From the NCBI GenBank assembly GCA_049570475.1, contig CP186953.1:576001-640000 (forward strand): DNA of 64,000 bases, written 5' to 3'. Shown here piece after piece: positions 10,091 to 20,494 of the stretch (position 1 is the first letter of the stretch; every line of letters starts with the position of its first letter). The notes beneath the pieces are model-generated. The model was not told the origin of the DNA. It did not search any database and saw only the letters and a list, made by a program, of their open reading frames with translations. The DNA comes from Candidatus Methanosuratincola verstraetei. Lineage in GTDB: Archaea; Thermoproteota; Methanomethylicia; Methanomethylicales; Methanomethylicaceae. The translations under genes were made by a program, and so were the position numbers.

Positions 10091-10747
10091 TTAGCCGCGC
10101 AGCATGCCCTTGGCGCAGGAGAGTGCGTCGAGTATGTGCCGCGAGCCGAACTCTGGGGCGACGGGGCCGTGGCCGGGCAGCAGAGCATCTACCCGCATCC
10201 CCGAAAGGCGCTCGAGGCTATTGATCATGTCCGAGTCGCTCCCGCCAGGCAGGTCTGTCCTGCCGAAGTAGCCGTCCGTGAAGACGGTGTCACCGCTGAT
10301 GAGGAGGGACTCCCCAGGCGAGTAGAAGCAGGTGCTCCCGGGGGTGTGCCCCGGGGTTGGGATGCTCACTAGCCCGAGCCTGGAGAGGACCTCCTTTGCC
10401 TCAGAGAGATCGGAGCACGAGGGGTAGCATCGGACGGTCTCCTCCATGAGCTGCCTGTCGCGGCTGCTGATATATGCAGTCGGAGAGTACTCCCTCAGCG
10501 ACTCGAGCCCCATGACGTGGTCGTAGTGCCCGTGCGTGAGGAAGACCCCGGCGATGAGCGAGCCGTGTATGCCCGCGGACGCGAGGTACGAGAGCAACGA
10601 CGGGTGGCCGCTCGCGTCGAATATGTAGAATGACCCCTCGTCCCTCAGGACGTAGACGTTCGAAGAGATGCTGACTCCGACGAAGGACTCCTCGTGGATT
10701 ACTAGGAAGCGCCCTACCCTCGAGACGAGCGGTGAAGGGAGCGACAA
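10091..10747 (-). CDS. MBL-fold metallo-hydrolase (glyoxalase II-like)
   Basis: THGHYDH, TPGHTPGS, SGD, PGHG. Confidence 0.9.
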   Translation of the reverse strand: MSLPSPLVSRVGRFLVIHEESFVGVSISSNVYVLRDEGSFYIFDASGHPSLLSYLASAGIHGSLIAGVFLTHGHYDHVMGLESLREYSPTAYISSRDRQLMEETVRCYPSCSDLSEAKEVLSRLGLVSIPTPGHTPGSTCFYSPGESLLISGDTVFTDGYFGRTDLPGGSDSDMINSLERLSGMRVDALLPGHGPVAPEFGSRHILDALSCAKGMLRG

Positions 10748-10766
10748 CTCCTCACGCCCCCCTTCG

Positions 10767-12227
10767 TCAACCCTTCGTAACCCCGAGGGGCACCATCCTT
10801 GCGACCAGCGTGGCTATTCCCAGCGCGTCAGACACCGACGCGACCCGGTCGACGTCCTTGTACGCGCCCGGCGCCTCCTCGGCGATCACCCTGATGTTTG
10901 CTGCCCTTAGGCGGATCCCCCTCTCCTCCAGGTCACGCTTCACGTTGCTCCCCCAGTACTTCTTTATTGCAGCCTCCCTGCTCAGGAACCTGCCCGCCCC
11001 GTGCGCCGTGGATCCCCAGCTCAGGTCTAGCGAGTTCGGCCCGCCGAGCAGGAGGTAAGAAGCGGTCCCCATGCTGCCAGGGATAATCACCGGCTGGCCT
11101 ATGCTCCTGTACTCGTCCGGGATCTCTGGCCTACCGGCGGGGAACGCCCTGGTCGCGCCCTTCCTGTGGACATAGAGGAGGCGCTTCTTCCCGTCGACCA
11201 TGTGCTCCTCGCGCTTTGCAAGGTTGTGAGCCACATCGTAGACCAGCCTCATCCCGAGGTGCTCCGTGTCCGACCCGAAGGTCTTCCTGAAGGCCTCCCT
11301 CGCCCAGTGCATTATGCACTGCCTGTTCACCCAAGCATAGTTACAGGCGGCGCTCATGGCGGCGAAGTAATCAGATGCCTCGCGGCTGCTGGCGGGGGCG
11401 CACGCGAGCTCCCTGTCGGGTATCTTTATCTTGTACTTCGAAACGGCATTCTCCATCACGTGGAGGTAATCGCTGCAGACCTGGTGCCCCAGGCCGCGGC
11501 TGCCCGAGTGTATCATGACCACGACCTGCCCCTCCTGTTCAATGCCGAAGGCCTTTGCCGCGCGCTGGTCGTAAACCTTGTCCACTGCCTGGACTTCGAG
11601 GAAGTGGTTCCCGCTGCCGAGGGTCCCCAGCTGGTTGGAGCCCCTGCCCTTCGCGGACTGGGAGACGAGGCTGCTGTCGGCGGTCTTCATCGATCCGCCC
11701 TCCTCGCACCTCGTGGCATCCTCAGGCAGTGCGTACCCCTTCTCTATGGCCCACTCCACCCCCCGGTCGAGCACATCATTGAGCTCAGAGGTTGTGAGCC
11801 TTATCCCGCCCTTGCTCCCGAGACCGGACGGGACCATTTCAAAGAGTGTGTCGATGAGCTTGCCGAGCATGGGCTTGACATCCTTCAGGTCCAGGTTCGT
11901 GAGCATCAGTCGGACGCCGCAGTTGATGTCGTACCCCACGCCGCCGGGCGAGATCACACCCTCCTCAGCATCGAATGCGGCGACGCCCCCGATCGGGAAA
12001 CCGTAACCCTGGTGCCCATCGGGCATAACTATCGAGTATTTCAGGATTCCTGGCAGGTGTGCAACGTTGGCGCACTGCTGAAGCGTCAGGTCCTCTGCCA
12101 TCTTGTCCAAGAGGGAAGAGTCCGCGTAAACCCTGCCAGGGACGTTCATCCCAGGACTGAAGTCCCTGGGGATCTCCCAGGAGTAGTCGCTCAGCTTCTT
12201 GAGCGGGATTGAAGAACCGTCAACCAT
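10767..12227 (-). CDS. rtcB: tRNA-splicing ligase RtcB
   Basis: MPDGHQGYGFPIGG, DINCG, GNHF, HSGSRG, HN, HGAGR. Confidence 0.97.
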   Translation of the reverse strand: MVDGSSIPLKKLSDYSWEIPRDFSPGMNVPGRVYADSSLLDKMAEDLTLQQCANVAHLPGILKYSIVMPDGHQGYGFPIGGVAAFDAEEGVISPGGVGYDINCGVRLMLTNLDLKDVKPMLGKLIDTLFEMVPSGLGSKGGIRLTTSELNDVLDRGVEWAIEKGYALPEDATRCEEGGSMKTADSSLVSQSAKGRGSNQLGTLGSGNHFLEVQAVDKVYDQRAAKAFGIEQEGQVVVMIHSGSRGLGHQVCSDYLHVMENAVSKYKIKIPDRELACAPASSREASDYFAAMSAACNYAWVNRQCIMHWAREAFRKTFGSDTEHLGMRLVYDVAHNLAKREEHMVDGKKRLLYVHRKGATRAFPAGRPEIPDEYRSIGQPVIIPGSMGTASYLLLGGPNSLDLSWGSTAHGAGRFLSREAAIKKYWGSNVKRDLEERGIRLRAANIRVIAEEAPGAYKDVDRVASVSDALGIATLVARMVPLGVTKG

Positions 12228-12314
12228 TAGAAAACACCTGCTCTAAGTCCATAATCTGATACAGAGCGATTCCATATAAACATAGGGCTTTTTCGCATTC
12301 CAAGGGTTGTGCCT

Positions 12315-12743
12315 CTATATGTCGAGGACGAAATAGGCATGCCACATCCCGCCCTCCCGGTTGATCCTCATCATGGAGTATGTCATAGCCTTGACCCCCG
12401 TCCGCTGGTCGTGCTCTGCCGGGTCATAGTCATCACCCCACAGTGATGCCGAGAGCCTTGCCCCTTCGCCGACCTCGACTTTGCTCACATCCGCTCGGCG
12501 CAATGCAAAGGAGTCGGCGTCGAAGTGATAGATCAGGCGATCAACCCACAAGTAGAGGAGCTGCTCCAAGTCTTTGGCAGCGATCTCGACGGGTATCGAC
12601 TTGCGGCTATCGACCGCCTTCGTGTTCAGCATGACCTCGAATGTTGCCTCGGCGGAATCGGCAAATAGCCCCTCGAGTGAATCCGACACTACGTGGATGT
12701 AAACGTCCGACATATGGTCGAGGTACTCGTACAAATCGGACAC
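12315..12743 (-). CDS. Archease
   Basis: YLDHMSD, VKAMTYS, C-terminal LDI; upstream of rtcB. Confidence 0.93.
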   Translation of the reverse strand: MSDLYEYLDHMSDVYIHVVSDSLEGLFADSAEATFEVMLNTKAVDSRKSIPVEIAAKDLEQLLYLWVDRLIYHFDADSFALRRADVSKVEVGEGARLSASLWGDDYDPAEHDQRTGVKAMTYSMMRINREGGMWHAYFVLDI

Positions 12744-12847
12744 CCCCCGTGCAGCACCACCATACTATTGATGCAAGGACAAACAAAAGGCTTTCATTCG
12801 AGCGCATTGTTTATAAGAAGTACGGGGGAAATTGGAAGACTGCGCGA

Positions 12848-12956
12848 GCCGGGGTGGCTGAGCGGTTAAGGCGCCGGCCTTGAGATCTTATCCATGGGAC
12901 AGGCAAGCCGGTTCCCTCTCGGGGGAGCAAGGGTTCGAATCCCTTCCCCGGCGCCA
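12848..12956 (+). tRNA. tRNA-Ser(TGA) with 21-nt intron (12885-12905)
   Basis: GCCGGGG/CCCCGGC acceptor stem, CCGGC-CT-TGA-G anticodon arm, long variable arm, TTCGAATC, encoded CCA; BHB CTTG/CAGG. Confidence 0.95.
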
Positions 12957-13138
12957 TTTCAGGAAAAAGGCAGGAAAAAGGCTCTGCTGACGCCTCCCAA
13001 ATTCGGCATATTGACGTCTCGGGGCAAAGCCCCGATAAGCAGCCCCAGGTTAAAATGAACGCTGCAACATGAATTGAAGACCCACAATATATAAATAACA
13101 AACAATCGTAATATATTCTGCCACACAGGTGAGAATTT

Positions 13139-13708
13139 TTGACTTATTCTAAGAATGTAGGAAGGGAGATGGTCGAGAAAGCAGGGGTTGACGTGGACCT
13201 CCTTATACAGAAGCTCAAGAGGGCGGCAGCGGCAGAGTTCACAACCTATTACTATTACACACTGCTGCGGATGCACTGCACTGGTCTTGAGGGAGAGGCG
13301 ATAAAGGAGGTCGTGGAAGACGCGAGGCTAGAGGACAGGCTACATTTCGAGACACTCGTGCCCAGGATATACGAGCTAGGAGGCGAACTCTACAGGGATC
13401 TTAGAGATCTCCATGAAGACGCTGCATGCTCTGCGGCTTACCTTCCAGAGAATCCCAACGACGTAAAGGAAATTCTGAGAGTACTTCTCGAGGCGGAGAG
13501 GTGCGCAGTGAGGGTTTACACAGAGATTTGCGAAATGACCCACGGGAAGGACCCAAGAACGTACGACATTTCACTCGCGATACTCCACGAGGAAGTTGAG
13601 CACGAGGCTTGGTTCCAGGAGCTCCTTGAGGGCAGACCTTCAGGCCATTTCAGAAGAAGGATCCCAGGAGAAGGGCCTTACACCCAGAAGTTCAGGCACA
13701 TAGAATGA
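13139..13708 (+). CDS. dps: DPS-like ferritin-family protein (DpsL)
   Basis: [44 protein letters not shown]. Confidence 0.92.
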   Translation: MTYSKNVGREMVEKAGVDVDLLIQKLKRAAAAEFTTYYYYTLLRMHCTGLEGEAIKEVVEDARLEDRLHFETLVPRIYELGGELYRDLRDLHEDAACSAAYLPENPNDVKEILRVLLEAERCAVRVYTEICEMTHGKDPRTYDISLAILHEEVEHEAWFQELLEGRPSGHFRRRIPGEGPYTQKFRHIE

Positions 13709-13755
13709 GCGGACAACCCACACTAACCACTATTTTTTTCATTTAAGTGTTTATT

Positions 13756-14505
13756 ATGGATGGCTCAACCCTGATCCTAGGCTGGACCGCTAGCCTAGTA
13801 GCCGGTCTTGCAACCGGGCTCGGGGCACTGGCAATAATTGTGCCAAAGAGGATCACAGAGAGAAGCCAAGATTTGATGATGGGATTCTCGGGAGGAGTGA
13901 TGCTGGCGGCTGCCGGATTCAGCCTGATCGTTCCGGCGGTGGAGATAGGAGGGCACATTGTAGCCGTGCTAGGTATAGGGCTCGGCGCGCTAGCCCTTCA
14001 CCTGATCGACAGAACCGTTCCTCACATACACCCTCAATTAGGACCGGAAGGGATGAATTCGAAGCTTCCGAGGGTTTGGCTCGTGTTCCTCGCCATGAGC
14101 ATCCACAACATCCCGGAGGGGCTCGCGGTAGGAATGAGCTTCGGCGGGGAGGACATTGCCATAGGGATCGTAACTGCCACAGCAATAGCAATACAGAACG
14201 TCCCTGAAGGTTTGATCGTTGCGCTAGTGTTTTTCAGCGAAGGGGAGTCGAGAGCGAAGGCGATAGGGTATGCGACGTTGAGCGGGCTTGTTGAGCCCGT
14301 GGCAGGACTGGCCGGCATCACCATAACTTCTTCATCATCATTCCTGCTTCCACTCGGGCTTGCTTTTGCTGGGGGAGCGATGCTTTTTGTCGTCAGCGAC
14401 GAGATGATTCCGGAGAGCCATAAGAAGGGATTTGAGAGGGAGGCGACATTGGGCTTCGTGGGCGGCTTCTTGGTCATGATGATCATTGAAGGAATATTCC
14501 TGTGA
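13756..14505 (+). CDS. ZIP-family metal transporter (GufA/ZupT-like)
   Basis: HNIPEGLAVG, QNVPEG, EMIPESH. Confidence 0.92.
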   Translation: MDGSTLILGWTASLVAGLATGLGALAIIVPKRITERSQDLMMGFSGGVMLAAAGFSLIVPAVEIGGHIVAVLGIGLGALALHLIDRTVPHIHPQLGPEGMNSKLPRVWLVFLAMSIHNIPEGLAVGMSFGGEDIAIGIVTATAIAIQNVPEGLIVALVFFSEGESRAKAIGYATLSGLVEPVAGLAGITITSSSSFLLPLGLAFAGGAMLFVVSDEMIPESHKKGFEREATLGFVGGFLVMMIIEGIFL

Positions 14506-14849
14506 GGGGGTCATTATTGGGAAAAGAAAGGCTGTGCAGGCTTGAAGAAATACCTGACGGGGGATTGAGGCTATTCAGAACGAAGGCAGGCGAGATCTTG
14601 GTCTTCAGGCGGGGCGACAAGGTCTACGGCTACGACAACAAGTGCCCTCACCTTGGCTTCTCGCTTTACCTAGGAACCCTAAGCGGGAGTAGGCTGAGGT
14701 GCGGGTACCACGGGGAAGTCTTCGATCTTGAGACAGGGGAGCCCGAGGGGAAGGTTGTGAAAAAAGGTTTGATTAAAAAGGCGCTGGTCTTGGAGATGGG
14801 GGATGGCGAAGGAAGAACGGTGTATCTGATTGGGGGCGGGGTGGACTAG
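14502..14849 (+). CDS. Rieske [2Fe-2S] ferredoxin
   Basis: CPHLG...CGYHG; GTGA overlap with the ZIP gene. Confidence 0.88.
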   Translation: MRGSLLGKERLCRLEEIPDGGLRLFRTKAGEILVFRRGDKVYGYDNKCPHLGFSLYLGTLSGSRLRCGYHGEVFDLETGEPEGKVVKKGLIKKALVLEMGDGEGRTVYLIGGGVD

Positions 14850-15115
14850 CCCCTGAGCTCCGAGACCTCTTGCTTGCCTTTCTCCAAAGAGGGGGCATGC
14901 TCACTGTCAAGACTCTCCAGAAGCGCCTGGAACTCGCCTACATGTACCTTCTCCTCATTGGCTATGTCCAACAAGACCTTCTTCAGCAGGGCATTCCCGG
15001 TAGCCGCCGCGAGCTGCTCATAAAGGTTGATTGCATCAAGTTCTGCGATTATCCCGACCCTCAGAATCTCTTTATCAGAGCCTTCGCCTGGCTTGAATGG
15101 AATCCTTGAGAGCAT
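14846..15115 (-). CDS. Short ferritin-like/rubrerythrin-domain protein (EncFtn-like)
   Basis: AELDAINLYEQ, EEKVHVGEF. Confidence 0.85.
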   Translation of the reverse strand: MLSRIPFKPGEGSDKEILRVGIIAELDAINLYEQLAAATGNALLKKVLLDIANEEKVHVGEFQALLESLDSEHAPSLEKGKQEVSELRG

Positions 15116-15288
15116 CAAATGCCACCTCTCAATAGACTTTTTACAGTGGATATAAGGGTTTGCATCTCATCCTACCCACATTCAAGCCAAGAATGCCGAT
15201 AGTTTTTCCGAATTGGCTGCTGTCATATGCATCTGTATCTTAGAGATTTTCCGATGACGGACTGCTTCTTCCTCGATGCATTTCCGGC

Positions 15289-16191
15289 CTAGGAACGCAG
15301 TCCTGAAAGCCTCGGATCATGCGAGGCCAATTCTAGGGCCCTTAATGCGCTCTTCTCTTTGTCCTTTATCTCCAGCATCAGATCAAAATCATGGGGCATG
15401 GACAGGCTAAGGAAGGAAAGGAAATCTCCTTCGTCGATGCTACGGGCGTGCATTCCCGGCCTCCCACCAGGTAGCTGGGAGCTGTAGTCTACCATGGGGA
15501 TGCCGTCCCTATTCGGATCCCAGCTAGGAGTGAATTCTGCAAACGCCTGTGGTACGCTCTCCCCCTTATTTGAAACCGAGTGGTGGAAAACATCAAACAA
15601 GACAGGCAAGCCGACCTCGCGGCTTATCCTGAGGCAGTCAGCAACAGCATAGCGCTCATCGTTCTCCACTACCAACCTTCGCGCTATAGCGTTGTCGACT
15701 TCCCCATAACGCCTGATGAAACGGCGCAGACTCTCCTCTCTATCGTTGTAAACACCCCCTACGTGTATCTGAATCTTTGCAGACGTGTCGAGACCCATTA
15801 GATCAAGGATCTCTGCATGGTAAAGCAGTTCCCTGGAGCTCCTATCGAAGATTTTCTCGTCTATTGAATTTATCAGCGTGAATTGATCAGGATGCATTGA
15901 GATCCGCATCCCCTTGGCACGGATGAGGGCGCCGATCTCTGAAAGGCGGTCCTTAAAGTAGGACTGCCAGTCGAATTTGCATACAGGGTGTGAGGCGAAG
16001 GGCACCAGGTCAGAACTAACCCTGAAGAAGAGGATGCCCCTTGCTGCATTGTAGAGGAGCGTTTTCTTTAGGCAGTCGAGGTTTGAAGATACGGTCTGGA
16101 TCAGGCGCTCCTCGGTGTAGGATTTGAGCCTGAACGTTCTGCCCGCGGTGCAGCCTATGCTCCTATTGAAGCAGGGGTATCCGATCCTCAA
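15289..16191 (-). CDS. uvsE: UV damage endonuclease
   Basis: RIGYPC, FRVSS, SMHPDQF, IHVGG, VEND, DVFHH, MLEIKDKE; start set at TTG 16191. Confidence 0.93.
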   Translation of the reverse strand: MRIGYPCFNRSIGCTAGRTFRLKSYTEERLIQTVSSNLDCLKKTLLYNAARGILFFRVSSDLVPFASHPVCKFDWQSYFKDRLSEIGALIRAKGMRISMHPDQFTLINSIDEKIFDRSSRELLYHAEILDLMGLDTSAKIQIHVGGVYNDREESLRRFIRRYGEVDNAIARRLVVENDERYAVADCLRISREVGLPVLFDVFHHSVSNKGESVPQAFAEFTPSWDPNRDGIPMVDYSSQLPGGRPGMHARSIDEGDFLSFLSLSMPHDFDLMLEIKDKEKSALRALELASHDPRLSGLRS

Positions 16192-16201
16192 TAGAGCCAC
16201 T

Positions 16202-16987
16202 TCATAGTTGGACTGGCTTGAAGGCCTTTTCCGAAGATCTGGTCCTTGAGTACAATAGTGCGAACGCCAAGGCGGCAACAAGCACAACCCCGCCTATCAA
16301 AGCGGCATTGCTGATCTCGGGCGCGACCCCTGGCTTGAGCGAGATCCCTAGCAGAGCCCAGAGGATCACGAGCAGATACACAACATCCCTCTTTGAGAAG
16401 ACTGAAATGAGTGCGATCGCAGTGGTCAGCCCAACGGCTACAATGCCCCACTGGATCTCTGAAAGACCTAGTCCATCCCATCCCAAGTAGACAAGGGCAG
16501 CGGCTATGTTCACAACGAAAGCGACAGTGATCCATCCTAGGTAGAGGCTGAAAGGCACTTGAAATACAAACCTCTCCCTGAATTGGGGCTTCAGCCTTCC
16601 TACGCCAACCACGATATATATTGCCAGGAGCGTGAGGAAGAGGGCGAGCATGGCAAAGACTGAATAGGCAATGTAGTCGTAATGCCAAAGCAGGAGCCAT
16701 GCGATGTTGAAAAGACAGCTGAGCGCAAAGAGGGGCCCAATCTTCCCCACAAAGTCTACGCTGGTTTGTCGCATGAAGAACGGGGCAATTACGAAAATCC
16801 CCAGCATGAGGTAAATTATCCCCCAGATCGAGAAGGTGATGCCCGCGGGCGTGACGGCCGTCGGGTATAGATCAGAGACCTGCGCAGTGGTCCGCCCGTT
16901 CAGGGCATACGCACTAGCCAATGCATTCACTGAAACGGTGAGCACGAACCCTACCAAGTTCAGGATCCGGAGCAAGTAAGAATTCAT
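16202..16987 (-). CDS. TspO-like (tryptophan-rich sensory) membrane protein
   Basis: TPAGITFSIWGIIY, NIAWLLLWH, PFSLYLGW. Confidence 0.75.
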   Translation of the reverse strand: MNSYLLRILNLVGFVLTVSVNALASAYALNGRTTAQVSDLYPTAVTPAGITFSIWGIIYLMLGIFVIAPFFMRQTSVDFVGKIGPLFALSCLFNIAWLLLWHYDYIAYSVFAMLALFLTLLAIYIVVGVGRLKPQFRERFVFQVPFSLYLGWITVAFVVNIAAALVYLGWDGLGLSEIQWGIVAVGLTTAIALISVFSKRDVVYLLVILWALLGISLKPGVAPEISNAALIGGVVLVAALAFALLYSRTRSSEKAFKPVQL

Positions 16988-17218
16988 ATAACATTAATAT
17001 GTTTGAAGGCTGATTTAAAGATATACAGCAATTACAGTTTTTCTGACGGATCATTCTTACACACTCTCCTCGTTTCGCTAAAGCATTGGAGCTTAATTTC
17101 GGAACCCCATGAAGGCTGTCTTGAAAAATAGGGTGAGGCGCATTAGGATGAACCCAATGAAATCAAAACGATGAAAGAATAGGTAATTTGTTTAGTATTG
17201 GTGTGGAAGATTAAAAAA

Positions 17219-17527
17219 TTAAACCAGCTCTATCTCGATGAAAACGTCGTCAGGGACCTGGATGCGCATCATCTGCCTCATGGTCCTGTCGTCGGCGTCC
17301 ACATCGATCAGGCGCTTGTGGATCCTCATCTCCCACTTGTCCCACGTCTTAGTCCCCTCGCCGCACGGCGACTTCATCGTAGGGACCTGGAGCCTCTTGG
17401 TCGGCAACGGGACGGGCCCCGCTATCTTGACGCCGGTCTTCTCCGCTATCTTCCTGATCTGCGAGCAGACGTCCTCCAGCTTGATGTAGTCGGTGCTGCT
17501 GAGCATTATTCTTGCTTTTTGTGGCAT
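17219..17527 (-). CDS. rps10: 30S ribosomal protein S10
   Basis: [24 protein letters not shown]. Confidence 0.97.
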   Translation of the reverse strand: MPQKARIMLSSTDYIKLEDVCSQIRKIAEKTGVKIAGPVPLPTKRLQVPTMKSPCGEGTKTWDKWEMRIHKRLIDVDADDRTMRQMMRIQVPDDVFIEIELV

Positions 17528-17557
17528 TTTTATCAGGACTCCTCAAAAAAAGGGGGT

Positions 17558-18868
17558 TTATTTGCCAAGCGTTGCTGGCTTGACTTCGAGCACAACGCCC
17601 GCGGCCACGGTCCTACCCATATCCCTTAGGGCGAACCTTCCGAGCGGCGGGAGCTCGTTGTACTTCTCGATTACCAGTGGCTTTGTGGGCTTGAAGGTGA
17701 CGATCGCGCTGTCTCCCTGCTTCAGGAACGTCGGCTTCTCCTCTATGACTGCTCCGGTCTTGGGGTCTATCTTCTTCTCGAGCTCAAGGAAAGTGGTTGC
17801 GACTGTGGCAGTATGCACGTGGAGCACTGGGGTGTAGCCTGCAGCGATTGCTGTCGGGTGGTATAGGACGAAGATCCTGCCCTTGAAGGTGTCGGCAACC
17901 GTCGGCGGCTTCGCGGTGTCGCCGCACACGTCGCCCCTGTGGACATCGGTCTTGCCTATGCCCTTGACGTTGAAACCGATGTTGTCTCCCGGTATGGCCT
18001 GTTCTATCTTTGTGTGGTGGGTCTCGATATCCTTGACCTCGCCGCTCTTGTTCGCAGGCATGAAGACCACGGTTGTGTTCTTCTTCAGAACTCCGGTCTC
18101 GACCCTGCCGACTGGGACAGTCCCGACGCCGGTGATGGTGTAGACGTCCTGGATCGGTATCCTGAGCGGCTTGTCGATTGGCTTCTCGGGAGGCACAAAG
18201 GTGTCCAGCGCCTCGAAGAGCGTCGGGCCGGTGTACCATGGAGTGTTCTTGCTCTGCTTGATTATGTTATCGCCCTTCCATCCTGAGATCGGGATCGCCA
18301 ATATCTTTGATGTGTCGTACCCGATCATCTTGAGGAACTTCAAGACTCCGTCCTTGACCTCGTTGAACCTTGCCTGGTCATAGTTGACTGTCTGGTCGTC
18401 CATCTTGTTGACTGCAACGACCACCTGGTTGACTCCGAGGGTCTTAGCCAGGAATGCGTGTTCCCTGGTCTGTCCGCCAGGCCCCATTCCGGCCTCGTAC
18501 TCTCCCTTCTTTGCGGATATCACCAGGATCGCTGCGTCAGCCTGCGAGGCACCTGTGATCATGTTCTTGACGAAGTCCCTGTGTCCAGGCGCGTCGATGA
18601 TTGTGAAGAAGTACTTGGGGGTCTCGAACCTCCAGAAGGAGAGATCAATAGTCATGTCCCTTTCTCTCTCTTCCTTCAGCTTGTCACCCAACCAAGCGAA
18701 CTTTGCGAACTCCTTGCCGGTCTTCTTCGCCTCTTCCTCGAGAGCGGCCAGGGTTCGATCATCAAGGCCGCCTGCCAAGAACAACAGGTGTCCCACTAGA
18801 GTGCTCTTTCCGTTGTCTACGTGTCCCATGACGAGCAGATTCAGGTGTTCTTTTTTCTGGGATGACAT
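17558..18868 (-). CDS. tuf: Elongation factor 1-alpha
   Basis: [30 protein letters not shown]. Confidence 0.98.
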   Translation of the reverse strand: MSSQKKEHLNLLVMGHVDNGKSTLVGHLLFLAGGLDDRTLAALEEEAKKTGKEFAKFAWLGDKLKEERERDMTIDLSFWRFETPKYFFTIIDAPGHRDFVKNMITGASQADAAILVISAKKGEYEAGMGPGGQTREHAFLAKTLGVNQVVVAVNKMDDQTVNYDQARFNEVKDGVLKFLKMIGYDTSKILAIPISGWKGDNIIKQSKNTPWYTGPTLFEALDTFVPPEKPIDKPLRIPIQDVYTITGVGTVPVGRVETGVLKKNTTVVFMPANKSGEVKDIETHHTKIEQAIPGDNIGFNVKGIGKTDVHRGDVCGDTAKPPTVADTFKGRIFVLYHPTAIAAGYTPVLHVHTATVATTFLELEKKIDPKTGAVIEEKPTFLKQGDSAIVTFKPTKPLVIEKYNELPPLGRFALRDMGRTVAAGVVLEVKPATLGK

Positions 18869-18965
18869 TCATTATCGCCTCTCTCTAATACCTTGCTTTT
18901 GAAGGTTAAAAACTTTCAGTAATATATAAGCCTTAAGGAAAAAGCAGGGGAGTAAGCCCTGAGGC

Positions 18966-19538
18966 TTACCTTGCGGATATGGCTATCCGCTCTATCTCCT
19001 CGCGCTTCTGAACCGCATAGCTCTTCGAGTCCCCGGATGCGGCGAGGATCAGCTCGTCCGCCAGGCACTCCTCAACGGGCTTGTTACTCCCGAAGGAGGC
19101 GTTCCTTGCAGCGTCGGTGATGAACCTGAGCGCGAGGTCTACCCTCCTCTGCGGGGAGGCGTCGACTGACTGGGGGTAAGAGACGCCCCCGTAGCTGATC
19201 CTGGTGACCTCCTCCCTCGGGGCAGAGTTCTCGATGGCCCTAACAAGGACCTGCACAGGGTTCTGCCCTGTCCTCAGGTTTATTATCTCAAAAGCCGCAG
19301 CCACGATGCTGGAAGCGAGGATCTTCTTCCCCCCGTTCTTTCCGGGGCGCATCATCCGGTTGACGAGGCGCTCAACAATATTTACCTTCGCCTTTCCGAA
19401 CCTGTTGTGCTCATGCCTCCCGCATGAGTGGGGGGCGATGGCTGGGCTCAGGCAAAGGTACGACTTGAGACCAAGATCCTTGATCTCGATGTTGGAGAGA
19501 TCCCATTTGTTGAATACCTTTATTTCTGTCTGAGACAT
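18966..19538 (-). CDS. rps7: 30S ribosomal protein S7
   Basis: IVERL, NPVQVLV, PREE, SPQRRVD. Confidence 0.97.
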   Translation of the reverse strand: MSQTEIKVFNKWDLSNIEIKDLGLKSYLCLSPAIAPHSCGRHEHNRFGKAKVNIVERLVNRMMRPGKNGGKKILASSIVAAAFEIINLRTGQNPVQVLVRAIENSAPREEVTRISYGGVSYPQSVDASPQRRVDLALRFITDAARNASFGSNKPVEECLADELILAASGDSKSYAVQKREEIERIAISAR

Positions 19539-19545
19539 CTGCAGA

Positions 19546-19989
19546 TCACCTTACAGGCTTCTGCTTCTTTCCGGTCATCAGGGCCTGCAGCGAGACCCCA
19601 TTGATCTTGACGACCTTCCATCTGACGCCGGGGAGGTCACCCAGCGATCCTCCCATAGGGCCTCCGATACCCTCGACGATTACCTCATCGTGCTCGTCAA
19701 CAAAGTTCAGAGCGCCGTCTCCAGGGAGGAATGCGGTGATCTGCTTCCCGTTCTTGATGAGCTGGATCCTCACGCACTTCCTTACTGCGCTGTTGGGCTG
19801 CCTGCTCTCGACCCCGACCTTCTCGAGGACGATCCCCCTAGCTTGCGGGGCGCCCTCAAGCGGGTCTGCTTTCACATCAAGCCTAAGAGCCCTGCGCTTG
19901 TACTGCCTAAGGCTCCAGCGGAACCTCTTCCGCTTCTCGGACATCTTCCTGCCCGCGAGCAGACCCTTTGGCGATTTTGAACCTGCCAT
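19546..19989 (-). CDS. rps12: 30S ribosomal protein S12
   Basis: [19 protein letters not shown]. Confidence 0.97.
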   Translation of the reverse strand: MAGSKSPKGLLAGRKMSEKRKRFRWSLRQYKRRALRLDVKADPLEGAPQARGIVLEKVGVESRQPNSAVRKCVRIQLIKNGKQITAFLPGDGALNFVDEHDEVIVEGIGGPMGGSLGDLPGVRWKVVKINGVSLQALMTGKKQKPVR

Positions 19990-20055
19990 AGCATACACCT
20001 AGTGCGGATTTCAAAATGTACCTCAATTATTTAAGCATCACGGCTGACCGGCAGG

Positions 20056-20490
20056 TCAGACGATATTCACGTTATCTATGTCGAAGTGGCGCTTCATGAG
20101 GAGCCGGGTCTTGTTGATGTTCTTCCCGTTCTTTCCTATCGCCATCCCCTTGTCCCTCGGGTCGACCGTGACATGGGCGACGGTCTGGCCCTCCGAGTTC
20201 TTGGTGATCCTGACCCCTCTGACCTTTGCAGGGGAGAGGATGTTCTTCAGGTAATCCTCAGGGGTCTCGGCATACTCAACTATCTCGACAGCCCTCCCAA
20301 TGACCTTCCGGGTCCTCTCAATATTCGACCCGTTCTTGCCGATCGCGAGCCCCATGTCCCCGGGCCTGATCACGAAGATAATCCTGTTCTCCTCGTCGTC
20401 GACTATGCAGTCCTTTGCAATGGCGCCGGTGAGGTTCTCCAAGAGTGCGATGTAGCGCATCTCGTCAGCGGTTAGCCTTATGTTCGGTAT
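20056..20490 (-). CDS. nusA: Archaeal NusA (probable ATA start at 20490; first ATG at 20460)
   Basis: Two KH GxxG motifs (AIGKNG); the family-like N-terminus PNIRLTADEMRYI extends upstream of the ATG. Confidence 0.93.
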   Translation of the reverse strand: MPNIRLTADEMRYIALLENLTGAIAKDCIVDDEENRIIFVIRPGDMGLAIGKNGSNIERTRKVIGRAVEIVEYAETPEDYLKNILSPAKVRGVRITKNSEGQTVAHVTVDPRDKGMAIGKNGKNINKTRLLMKRHFDIDNVNIV

Positions 20491-20494
20491 AGAG

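Noticed and set aside
16990-17218. attR copy of the tRNA-Ser 3' end bounding an integrated element
   Set aside because: No repeat of the tRNA 3' sequence seen and no integrase
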